NCBI GenBank assembly: GCA_050692055.1
Contig: JBOGTC010000039.1
Location: forward strand, 8,060-72,059
From: Candidatus Limnocylindria bacterium
GTDB lineage: Bacteria > Chloroflexota > Limnocylindria > QHBO01
DNA: 64,000 nt
Reading direction: 5' to 3'
In this document: positions 44,108-52,812 of the stretch, piece by piece
Numbering within the stretch: the first letter of the stretch is position 1
Layout of the letters: the number at the start of each line of letters is the position of its first letter
Program-made: the position numbers and the translations under genes
The notes under the pieces: generated by a model
Told to the model about the DNA's origin: nothing
Databases searched by the model: none
The model's input: only the letters and a program-made list of their open reading frames with translations

Positions 44108-44136
44108 ATGCTACCGGCGCCCGAAAGGACCGCCAA
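44108..44136 (-). promoter_or_regulatory. Sigma70-type promoter
   Basis: Minus strand TTGGCG-17 bp-TAGCAT, implying a TSS at about 44101/44100. Confidence 0.7.
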
Positions 44137-44173
44137 CCCCCTTTCTCCACGACTTCGGCGCCGCGCCGCAGAG

Positions 44174-44193
44174 TTATCCACCGTTTGTCCACA
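44174..44193 (+). promoter_or_regulatory. Two DnaA-box-like 9-mers
   Basis: TTATCCACC (44174-44182) and TTGTCCACA (44185-44193), each one mismatch from TTATCCACA, 2 nt apart. Confidence 0.5.
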
Positions 44194-44204
44194 GCCGGGG
44201 CCGG

Positions 44205-45044
44205 TCAGACGAGAAACGGCAGGAGGTAGTGGTCCGACAGGCCGCCGAGGTTCAGCGCGGTCGTCAGCGCGGCAAAGCAGGCGAAGGCCAGGATGACGAG
44301 CCAGTCGGCTCGGTCGTAGCGCAGCTCGCGGTACCAAGAGCGGCGGCCGGTACCGAATGCACGCAGATCCATGGCGTCGATGGTGTCCTCCGCATTGGCA
44401 ATTGCCCCGACTGTCACCGGCACCAGGACCGGGGCGAACTGCCGGATGCGTCGGATAGGGTTGCGGCTTCCGCGCGCCGGGTCGTAGCCGCGGACGCGTT
44501 GCGCGGCGATAGTCTCGGCGAACTCGGCACCGAGCGAGGGGATGAAGCGAATCGTGAGGTCGAGGGCGAAGGCGAGGCGGTCCGGCAGGCCCAGCCGTCG
44601 GAAAGCGACGCCGAAGTCACCAGGTGCGACGGTGTAGGCGATGGGGATGCTGACCGCGACGAAGCCCAGAAAGCGTAGGATCTGGCTCACGCTGAGGCTG
44701 ATCGCCTCGGCCGTGATCGGTGCTCCGAGCAGTGGAATGCGGAAGAGCACATGCACCTCGTCCGCGGCGAAACCTCCCGCGCGGCCGCCGGTGATGATCG
44801 TGTTGATGCCGGCGATGAAGATGATGATCGTGGCCAGATAGATCCACTGGGCACGCACCCGGCGCCAAGGGATCCGAGCCGTTGCGTAGTAGGCGAGGCC
44901 GAACCCCAGCGCCAGGGCCAGATGACGGGCATCGCGCAGCTGGATCGCCCCGATGACGAAGAGGAGCGCCGCCAGAAGCATCGTCCGCGGGTCGCGGCGT
45001 GCGAGCCATGACCCGCGGCCGATGTAGTGGAACGACGCGCGCAT
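44205..45044 (-). CDS. ecfT: ECF transporter T component
   Basis: RRDPR, IRFIP, AQRVRG, AMDLRAF (two X-R-X motifs). Confidence 0.93.
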   Translation of the reverse strand: MRASFHYIGRGSWLARRDPRTMLLAALLFVIGAIQLRDARHLALALGFGLAYYATARIPWRRVRAQWIYLATIIIFIAGINTIITGGRAGGFAADEVHVLFRIPLLGAPITAEAISLSVSQILRFLGFVAVSIPIAYTVAPGDFGVAFRRLGLPDRLAFALDLTIRFIPSLGAEFAETIAAQRVRGYDPARGSRNPIRRIRQFAPVLVPVTVGAIANAEDTIDAMDLRAFGTGRRSWYRELRYDRADWLVILAFACFAALTTALNLGGLSDHYLLPFLV

Positions 45045-45075
45045 CCCTCGTTTGCCGCCGTTCCGAGCGTTTCGC

Positions 45076-45648
45076 CTACCGCCCCAGCCTCTCGGAGAGC
45101 GGCTCCCAGGCGAGCACCAGGATCGGCGTCAGGATGACGCCGAAGATCGAGTTGCTCACCACGGTGGGGATGTACTCGGCGGTGAGGATCGTGTTGAAGC
45201 CCAGCTCAGGCTGGATGATCAGCTCGATCCAGATGAAGAGGAAGCCGACGACCGTGGCGACGACAGCCGTGATCGCCGCGACGGTCGCTCGGCCGCTCGA
45301 GCTCCCCATCATGCCGCGGAACATCGCCGGTCCGTAGCCGGCGATGAGCCCCACCAGGCCATTCGCCACGCTCCAATGCCAGAACGTGAACGGACCGGAG
45401 CCTGTCAGCGTGTCGGCCAGGGCGTTGCCGACGAGCCCGGTGAAGAGGCCCACGAACGGGCCGAACGCGAAGCCGAAGAAGGTGAGGATGCCGAAGGCCG
45501 GGCGCAGGTAAACGCCCTCGGTGCCCGGGATCTGCGCGAAGAACGAGAAATAGCCGGCGACTGCGTACAGCGCCGCGCCAATCGCCGCGTAGACGATCGT
45601 CCGCGTGCCCAGCTCCCAGCTCGGGCGCTGGACTGTCATGGTCGTCAT
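45076..45648 (-). CDS. ECF transporter S component (UPF0397/MtsT-like)
   Basis: Six TM helices; AAIGAALY, FGPFVGLFTGLVGNALAD, WSVANGLVG. Confidence 0.88.
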   Translation of the reverse strand: MTTMTVQRPSWELGTRTIVYAAIGAALYAVAGYFSFFAQIPGTEGVYLRPAFGILTFFGFAFGPFVGLFTGLVGNALADTLTGSGPFTFWHWSVANGLVGLIAGYGPAMFRGMMGSSSGRATVAAITAVVATVVGFLFIWIELIIQPELGFNTILTAEYIPTVVSNSIFGVILTPILVLAWEPLSERLGR

Positions 45649-45666
45649 CGCTGGATGAGCCTCCTT

Positions 45667-47373
45667 TCACGCCCGCGAGTCGCGGGCGTCCTCCGTGTGC
45701 TCCCCCGCGTGTCCGCCGGACGGCATTCGGCCGCCATCGTGCATCGCCACCCAGCCCGCCAGCGCCTCCGGCCCCATGAAGCGGCCGGTATGCGCGCGCC
45801 AGCGAGCGTTCGCCCGCATGAGCGAGGTGACGCGCAGGTGGCAGGCGCGCCAGAGCTGCTCGTCCGCCGCGACGACGGCCGGCGTCCCCTGCGCCGCGAC
45901 ACGCCCGTCCGCGAGCAGGATGACGTCGTCGGCATGGGTGAGCGCCAGGTCGACGTCGTGCGTGACGAAGTAGATGCTCTCGAGTCCTTCGATCGACCGC
46001 ACCTCGTGCATGAACCGCCCCGCATTGAGATGGTCCTGCCCGGAGGACGGTTCGTCAAGAAGGAGTGTGCGCGGCTGGATCGCCAGGGCCACGGCAATGG
46101 CCAGCCGTTTCTGCTGCCCGAAGCTGAGGGAGAGCGGCGGCCGCCCGGCGATTCCCTCGACCTCGTCGAGCGCCACGCGACGTAGCGCATCGGTCACGAT
46201 CGCGGCGCGCTCGTCCTCCCCGCGCCCGAGGTTGTGCGGCCCGAACCACAGCTCGTCGTCAACGGTCGGGGCGAAGAGCATCTGTCCGGGATTCTGGAAG
46301 ACGTAACCGAAAATGGCCGCCAGGTCTGCCACGCTGCGGGCGGCCGTCGAAGTGCCGTCGACGAGCACGTCCCCGGTCCACGGACGAAGCAGCGCCATGG
46401 CGAGCTTGAGCATCGTTGACTTCCCCGACCCGTTGGGGCCCAGGATCGCCACCCGGTGACGCCGTTCCAGGGTGGCGTCAAGGTCACGGAACACCCGCCT
46501 GCCGTCGTAGCCCGCGGAGACAACCCGGTACGCCAGCCGTGGCTCGCCCGTCCGGCCATGCGAGCCGACGGGCGGCTCGGAACGTTCGGGCAGCGCCCCG
46601 CGTGCGCGAAGGACGCGAGCTTCGACGATCGGGTACGGCAGCTTCACCGCGGACGGATCGGCGGCTTCGAGGAATCCATCCAGGTCGCCCAGGTACCGCG
46701 TGCGACCGCGGTCGAGGTAGAGCACCGTGCCGGGTCGCAGCTCGAGGACGTCCTCGATCCGATGCTCGACCATGACGACCGCGGTCCCGGCGGTGGCCAG
46801 ATCGCCGAGGAGCCCCACGAGCCGCTGGGCGGTGGCCGGGTCGAGGTTGGCGAGCGGCTCGTCGACGAGGATGATCGCCGGCTCCATCATGAGGACGGCC
46901 GCCACCGCCACGAGCTGGCGCTCGCCGCCGGACAGCTCATCGGTCTGGCGCTCCAGCAGGTGGCCGATCTGCACCTGGCTCACGACCCGGTTCAGTCGCC
47001 CGCGGATCTCCGTGCGATCGATCCCCAGGTTCTCCGGTCCAAAGGCGAGCTCGCCGAGCACGGTGGAGGCTACCAGCTGCCGGGCCGGATCCTGCAGCAC
47101 GGTTCCGACACGCTGTCCCACCGAACGCAATGGCAGCTCCGCCACGCTCAGACCGTCGAGACGAACGCCGCCGGACAGCGCTCCATGGTAGGTGTGCGGG
47201 ATCAGCCCGTTCATCGCCCGCACCAGCGTGCTCTTGCCGCAGCCCGAGGGACCGGCGACGAGCACGACCTCGCCCGGTCGAACGACGAGCGAGACATCGG
47301 TCAAGGCTGGGATGGTTGCCGTGCGATAGCTGAATGTCAGCCCGTCGACCTCGATGAGCGGAACGGCGTCCAT
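45667..47373 (-). CDS. ECF transporter fused A-A' ATPase
   Basis: GPSGCGKS / LSGGERQ / DEPLANLD and GPNGSGKS / LSFGQQK / DEPSSGQD. Confidence 0.95.
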   Translation of the reverse strand: MDAVPLIEVDGLTFSYRTATIPALTDVSLVVRPGEVVLVAGPSGCGKSTLVRAMNGLIPHTYHGALSGGVRLDGLSVAELPLRSVGQRVGTVLQDPARQLVASTVLGELAFGPENLGIDRTEIRGRLNRVVSQVQIGHLLERQTDELSGGERQLVAVAAVLMMEPAIILVDEPLANLDPATAQRLVGLLGDLATAGTAVVMVEHRIEDVLELRPGTVLYLDRGRTRYLGDLDGFLEAADPSAVKLPYPIVEARVLRARGALPERSEPPVGSHGRTGEPRLAYRVVSAGYDGRRVFRDLDATLERRHRVAILGPNGSGKSTMLKLAMALLRPWTGDVLVDGTSTAARSVADLAAIFGYVFQNPGQMLFAPTVDDELWFGPHNLGRGEDERAAIVTDALRRVALDEVEGIAGRPPLSLSFGQQKRLAIAVALAIQPRTLLLDEPSSGQDHLNAGRFMHEVRSIEGLESIYFVTHDVDLALTHADDVILLADGRVAAQGTPAVVAADEQLWRACHLRVTSLMRANARWRAHTGRFMGPEALAGWVAMHDGGRMPSGGHAGEHTEDARDSRA

Positions 47374-47376
47374 CGG

Positions 47377-48210
47377 TCAGGCAGGCTCGATTCGCACCGG
47401 TGTGTCGCGCGCCAGGCCGAAGTGCTCGGCGGCGGATCCCTGGTTGATGCCGAGGGCGAGGCCGGCGTAGTCGGCGTCCTCGTAGAGGAGCGGCTCGCCG
47501 GCCGCCACGTCGCCGAAGGTCGTCGCCCATGGCACGGACAGCTCGCGGTGAGGGAGAAGCACGCGAAAGCGGTCGCCCGGTCGCAGCGCGCCGGTCAGTG
47601 ACTCCAAGTCGGCGGCCTGGCCGGCGACGCGGCAGTTGCCGAAGGAGTCGACAAAGAGGACGGCGCTGTCCAGACCGCCGCGCGCCGGGGCTGCCACGGG
47701 CAGGACGAGGTCCACGATCTCCGACGGCGGTATCTCCGGCCCGATCGTGTCGAACCCCGCGCCGCACGCCAGGTGCGCCGCGACCGGCGCGAAGATGTCG
47801 CGCCCATGGAACGTGCTCGACACTTCGGGCCGCCAGAGCTCAGGATTCTCCAGGATGCGCGCGGATTCGATGCCGCCGAGCCGGCGGGCGGCCGGAGCCA
47901 GCAGTCCGTTGTCCGGTCCGAGCAGCACGTCACCGCGAGCGGCTCTGAGGGCAAGGGGCCTGCGGCTGGTGCCGACGCCGGGGTCGACGACGGCCAGGTG
48001 GACCCCGACCGGCAGGTACGGTAGGGCGCAGTCGAGCAGGAAGGCGCCATCGCGGATGGCGAATTTCGCCACCGTGTGGCCGATGTCCAGGATCCGGGCG
48101 TCGGGGCAGATGGCCCACATGACGCCGCGACACACCGCGGGCGCGCTGTCGCTCCCGAAGTCGGTCAGGAACGAGATGAACGGCGGTGCTGGGCGCTCCG
48201 GTCGATCCAT
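47377..48210 (-). CDS. SAM hydroxide adenosyltransferase / chlorinase-fluorinase family (DUF62)
   Basis: FLTDFG, HLAVVDPGVGTSRR, GPDNG, STFHGRDIFAP, VDSFGN; start chosen at MDRPER. Confidence 0.93.
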   Translation of the reverse strand: MDRPERPAPPFISFLTDFGSDSAPAVCRGVMWAICPDARILDIGHTVAKFAIRDGAFLLDCALPYLPVGVHLAVVDPGVGTSRRPLALRAARGDVLLGPDNGLLAPAARRLGGIESARILENPELWRPEVSSTFHGRDIFAPVAAHLACGAGFDTIGPEIPPSEIVDLVLPVAAPARGGLDSAVLFVDSFGNCRVAGQAADLESLTGALRPGDRFRVLLPHRELSVPWATTFGDVAAGEPLLYEDADYAGLALGINQGSAAEHFGLARDTPVRIEPA

Positions 48211-48332
48211 CGGCGCATCGTAGCCGGGCTGCCTTCCGGGCAGCGCCGACCGCGGAGTGCAAGACACCTGCACACTCGCGGAGCATAGGCGCGGGGCGCT
48301 TACCGGCGGATTACTCGTCGCTTACCGGGCGC

Positions 48333-49862
48333 TCAGGTCAGCCGCACCGACTCTCGGTGCTTCGGAAGGTACGGCTCCAGGTTCAGCTCGTCGCGAATAC
48401 GTCTCGCGAACGCCTCGGCGGCCTCCGGATCGCCATGGACCACGAAGACCTTCTTCGGCCGGCCGTTGCTCGCCGCGCCGTTGCTCGCGGCGCCGTTGCC
48501 GGCGCGACCGAAGTGGGCGAGCCACGCCTCGAGCTCTCGCTGGTCGGCGTGGGCGCTGAAGCCGCTGATGGACCGCACGCGACAGCGGACCGGGATCTCC
48601 TGGCCATCGATGCGCGCCGTCCCACCGCCGTCCTGGAGATGGCGCCCCAGCGTCCCCTCCCCCTGATAGCCGATGAACAGCAGCGTGCACTTCGGATCGG
48701 GCAGGAAGTCCTTGAGATGGTGCAGGATCCGGCCGCCGGTGAGCATCCCGGACGAGGCGACGACCATGATCGGACGCTGGGCATGGCGGATGGCCTTCGA
48801 CTGCTCGACGCTATCGGTGAACTCCTGGCCCGGATACTCGAGCGGCGAGTCGCCGGACTCGAGCAGCGCGCGCGTCTCGGAGTCGTAGTCCTCGGGATGG
48901 TCGTGGTAGACGCGCGTCGCCCGGGACGCCATGGGCGAGTCGAGGAAGAGCGGCAGGCGTGGGATGCGGCCCTCCCGCACGAGATCATCGAGCACCCAGA
49001 TCACCTCCTGGGTGCGGCCGATGGCGAACGACGGCACCAGCAGCACGCCCTCATCGTCGGCCACCTCGCCGATGGCCGCCACCAGCTCCGCGATGGCCTC
49101 GTGGCGCGGGGCGTGCTCGCGGTTGCCGTAGGTGGACTCGACCACCACATGGTCGGCGTGGGTGATCGTCGCCGGATCGCGCAGGATCGGCGTGTCGTCG
49201 CGGCCCAGGTCGCCGGAGAAGACGATCGTCGTCGCGGCGTCTCCATCCGTCACGCGCAGCTCGATGATCGCCGAGCCCAGGATGTGGCCCGCGTCGTGGA
49301 AGACGGCCGTGACGCCATCGCTGATCTCCACCTCGCTGCCGTAGTCGGCGCCTCGCACCTGGCGCATCGTCTGGTCGACATCGGCCTCGACGTACAGCGG
49401 CTCGCGCGTCTCGGTGCGGCCCTCGGGTCGCGCCCTGCGCAGTCGTTCGGGCATCTCCTCGTCATCGTGTTCCATTGCCGCCTCCTCACCCGCTCCCTCC
49501 GCGGCCTGCTCGGGATGGCGTCGTCGCCAGCGCTCGGCGAACTCGACCTGCAACTTGGCCGAGTCGCGCAGCACGATCTCGCCGAGGTCGATCGTCCCGT
49601 GCGTGGCATGGATCGGCCCCGGATAGCCGGCCTTCACGAGCGCCGGGACGCGGCCGCAGTGGTCGAGGTGGGCGTGCGTCAGGAGCACGGCGTCGAGCTT
49701 GCTGGCCTCGAAGGCGAACGGCAGCCGGTTGCGCGCCACTTCCTCCGGCGAGCCCTGGAACATCCCGCACTCGACCAGGACGCGGCGCTCGCCCGCGGTG
49801 ACCAGGAACTGCGAGCCGGTGACGCAGCCGACAGCGCCCAGGAACTGAATCTCGATGGCCAT
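48333..49862 (-). CDS. MBL-fold beta-CASP metallo-hydrolase (RNA-specificity family)
   Basis: THAHLDHCG, AGHILGS, ESTYG, PSFAIGRTQE, SSGMLTGGR, SAHAD, VHGD; start MAIEIQFLG. Confidence 0.93.
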   Translation of the reverse strand: MAIEIQFLGAVGCVTGSQFLVTAGERRVLVECGMFQGSPEEVARNRLPFAFEASKLDAVLLTHAHLDHCGRVPALVKAGYPGPIHATHGTIDLGEIVLRDSAKLQVEFAERWRRRHPEQAAEGAGEEAAMEHDDEEMPERLRRARPEGRTETREPLYVEADVDQTMRQVRGADYGSEVEISDGVTAVFHDAGHILGSAIIELRVTDGDAATTIVFSGDLGRDDTPILRDPATITHADHVVVESTYGNREHAPRHEAIAELVAAIGEVADDEGVLLVPSFAIGRTQEVIWVLDDLVREGRIPRLPLFLDSPMASRATRVYHDHPEDYDSETRALLESGDSPLEYPGQEFTDSVEQSKAIRHAQRPIMVVASSGMLTGGRILHHLKDFLPDPKCTLLFIGYQGEGTLGRHLQDGGGTARIDGQEIPVRCRVRSISGFSAHADQRELEAWLAHFGRAGNGAASNGAASNGRPKKVFVVHGDPEAAEAFARRIRDELNLEPYLPKHRESVRLT

Positions 49863-49910
49863 GGCCCGAGTATGGCCGACGGGCACGGCAGGCCGCGTAT
49901 GATCGGCGCC

Positions 49911-51002
49911 ATGGCCTTCCCCGTCGAGCCGCCCGTCGAGCCGATGCTCGCCAAGCCGGCCCCTGAGATCCCCGTAGGCGACGGTTGGTGCTACGAGCCG
50001 AAGTGGGACGGCTTCCGCGCCATCGTCTTCCGCGACCGCGACGAGGTCTTCATCCAATCGCGGGACCTCAAGCCGCTGAACCGGTACTTCCCGGAGCTCG
50101 AGGCGCCACTGCGCGCGGTTGGCGGTCCGTCGGCACGCTTCGTCATCGATGGCGAGGTAGTGATCGCGCTGCCCGACGGCGGACTGGACTTTGACGCATT
50201 GCTGCTGCGCATCCATCCCGCCGCCTCGCGCGTGGCGATGCTGGCCGAGCAGTCGCCCGCCTCGTTCGTCGCCTTTGACTGCCTGGCCGATGGCGCCGAC
50301 GACCTCCGCGCCGCTCCCTTCACCGACCGCCGGCGCCGCCTGGCGGCGCTGCTTGTGGAGCCGCCGGCATCGGTCCGTCTGACGCCGATGACGTCAGACC
50401 CATCGCTTGCGCGCCACTGGTTCGACGTCTTCGAGGGCGCCGGGCTGGATGGCGTGATCGGCAAGCGCTCCACCTCGCCGTATCTCGCCGCCAAGCGCGA
50501 AATGGCCAAGATCAAGCACCTGCGCACCGCGGACTGCGTGGTGGCCGGCTTCCGCTGGCACAAGAACGGGCCCGGCACGCTCGTCGGCTCCCTGCTGCTT
50601 GGGCTGTTCAACGCCGCTGGCCAGTTGCAGCACGTGGGCGTCACCTCGTCGTTCACCGTGGACAGGCGCCGCGAGCTGGTGGCCTTCCTCGAGCCCTACC
50701 GGCGGGACGCCCTTGACGGTCATCCGTGGAGGGACTGGGCCGAAGCCGAGGCGGCCGCGGCGGCGGACGGGCGACGGCTTCCCGGCGCCACGTCGCGCTG
50801 GAACCGTGGCAAGGACCTCTCCTGGGAGGCCGTGCGGCCGGAGCTCGTGTGCGAGGTCGCCTTCGACCACCTGCAGGGCGACCGGTTCCGCCATGCGGCC
50901 ACCTTCAAGCGCTGGCGCCCCGACCGCTCCCCGGAGTCCTGTCGCTACGACCAGCTGGCCGAGACGCCGCCGGCGCTGCTGGCCGACCTGTTCGCATCGT
51001 AG
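49911..51002 (+). CDS. ligC: ATP-dependent DNA ligase, LigC type
   Basis: YEPKWDGFR (KxDG), IDGEVV, AFD, DGVIGK, MAKIKH; no nuclease or polymerase domain. Confidence 0.9.
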   Translation: MAFPVEPPVEPMLAKPAPEIPVGDGWCYEPKWDGFRAIVFRDRDEVFIQSRDLKPLNRYFPELEAPLRAVGGPSARFVIDGEVVIALPDGGLDFDALLLRIHPAASRVAMLAEQSPASFVAFDCLADGADDLRAAPFTDRRRRLAALLVEPPASVRLTPMTSDPSLARHWFDVFEGAGLDGVIGKRSTSPYLAAKREMAKIKHLRTADCVVAGFRWHKNGPGTLVGSLLLGLFNAAGQLQHVGVTSSFTVDRRRELVAFLEPYRRDALDGHPWRDWAEAEAAAAADGRRLPGATSRWNRGKDLSWEAVRPELVCEVAFDHLQGDRFRHAATFKRWRPDRSPESCRYDQLAETPPALLADLFAS

Positions 51003-51119
51003 GTCGATGCGGCGCCGCCCGGCAGTGGCCGGCGTCTGGGCGACGGCGTTGGGCGATAGCGCGTTACACTGGCCCCGCCGCCCGCTTCCCTGACATCCTG
51101 CATCAGGAGGAGACCGACC

Positions 51120-52811
51120 GTGTCCGTCGCCGCGAACCCGAACACCGCCGTCGACGACCTCGCCGACCGCTTCTGGCAGAGCGTCCTGGAGCGCGACCCG
51201 CTGTGGGCCACGATCCTCGGCGACGAGCGCTGGGACGACCGGCTGCCTGACCTCGGCCCCGATGGACGAGCGGCCGACGAGGTCGCCTATCGACGGACGC
51301 TCGAGGAGGCGCAAGCCATCCCAGCCGGCGGCCTGGACCCCGAGCAGACCATCACCCGCGACCTGCTGGTGATCGTGTGCGAGAACCACCTCGAGGCGCT
51401 CGACCAGAAGCAGTACCAGCTCGCCGTCGACCACATGGCCGGCCCCCAGACCTGGCCCGCCGAGATTGCGCAGTACCAGCGCGCGGATACGCCCGAGCGG
51501 CTCGAGCGGCTGCTGACCCGCTACCGTGCGTTCTCGACCACGATCGAGCAGTACATCGGCACGTTGGCGGAGGGCGTCGCAGACGGACGAACCTCGGCGG
51601 CCATGCCGGTGCGGCGAGCCATCGAGCAGATCGATCGCATGCTGGCCACGCCGGTGGAGGAGGCAGCCGCCGTGACGCTGGCGCAGGTCGATGATGCGGC
51701 CCGCGACCGGCTCATCGAGGCCACCCGCGATCACATCTACCCTGCCTGGCGGCACCTTCGCGACTACCTCGCCGACGAATACGAGGCCCGGGCCCGACCC
51801 GAGCCCGGCCTGTCGACCACGCCCGGTGGCGACGAGGCGTATCGGCTCGCGATCCGGATGCAGACCACCGTGGCTACCACGGCCGAGGAGGTCCATGCTT
51901 TCGGCCTCGCGGACCTGGAGCACATCGAGGCCGAGAAGGACGAGATTGCCCGACGGCTGGGCCACGCCGATCGATCGGCGCTGACGAGGGCACTGGCCGA
52001 TGACGGCCAGAACCACACCGATGACCCCGCTGCCCTCGTCCGGCTCGCACAGCAACAGACCGATCGCGCCTACGGGGAGGCGCCGAAGTACTTCGGCCGG
52101 CTGCCGCGCGCGAACTGCATCGTCAAGGCCGTCGAGGCCTACCGCGAGCAGGAGTCGCCGCCGGCGTTCTACATGCCGCCGTCGCTCGACGGCTCGCGCC
52201 AGGGCCAGTACTACATCAACACCTACCAGCCCTCGGAGCGCCAGCTGCACAAGATCGCGGCCATCACCTTCCACGAGGCAACGCCGGGGCACCACTTCCA
52301 GATCGCGATCGAGATGGAGCTGGCCGGGCTGCCCGCCTTCCGCACTCTGGGCGCCCGGATGGCGGGCGTAGCCTACGCCGAGGGCTGGGGCCTGTACTGC
52401 GAGCGGCTTGCCGACGAGATGGGCCTCTACGCCTCCGACGAGGAGCGCCTGGGCATGCTCGACGCGCAGTCCTTCCGCGCCGCGCGGCTCGTCGTCGACT
52501 CGGGGCTGCATGCCATGGGCTGGTCGCGGGAGCGCGCCATCGAGTTCATGCACGAGCGTGGATCGCTGCCCCCGGTCGACGCCGGCATCGAGGTCGACCG
52601 CTACACCGTCTGGGCTGGTCAGGCGCTCAGCTACAAGCTCGGCCAGCGCGAGATCGAGCGCGCCCGCCAGGAGGTGGCGGCCGCCATGGGCGACCGGTTC
52701 GACCTGCGTGCCTTCCACGACGAGGTGCTCGGCCACGGGACGCTGCCGCTCGCCACCCTTCGCCGCGAGATCCCCGGCTGGGTGGAGGCAGCGGTCTCCG
52801 GCGCGTCATGA
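51120..52811 (+). CDS. DUF885 family protein
   Basis: AFYMPPS, HEATPGHHFQ, AEGWGLYCE, RLVVDSGLH, EVDRY..GQALSYKLG. Confidence 0.93.
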   Translation: MSVAANPNTAVDDLADRFWQSVLERDPLWATILGDERWDDRLPDLGPDGRAADEVAYRRTLEEAQAIPAGGLDPEQTITRDLLVIVCENHLEALDQKQYQLAVDHMAGPQTWPAEIAQYQRADTPERLERLLTRYRAFSTTIEQYIGTLAEGVADGRTSAAMPVRRAIEQIDRMLATPVEEAAAVTLAQVDDAARDRLIEATRDHIYPAWRHLRDYLADEYEARARPEPGLSTTPGGDEAYRLAIRMQTTVATTAEEVHAFGLADLEHIEAEKDEIARRLGHADRSALTRALADDGQNHTDDPAALVRLAQQQTDRAYGEAPKYFGRLPRANCIVKAVEAYREQESPPAFYMPPSLDGSRQGQYYINTYQPSERQLHKIAAITFHEATPGHHFQIAIEMELAGLPAFRTLGARMAGVAYAEGWGLYCERLADEMGLYASDEERLGMLDAQSFRAARLVVDSGLHAMGWSRERAIEFMHERGSLPPVDAGIEVDRYTVWAGQALSYKLGQREIERARQEVAAAMGDRFDLRAFHDEVLGHGTLPLATLRREIPGWVEAAVSGAS

Positions 52812-52812
52812 G

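Noticed and set aside
44174-44193. oriC
   Set aside because: Only two boxes, no AT-rich unwinding element, and no dnaA/dnaN/rpmH context
48228-48244. SRP RNA helix 8 (CCGGAAGG…GCAGC)
   Set aside because: Lacks the CAGG/GAAGCAG internal loop; it is a simple hairpin
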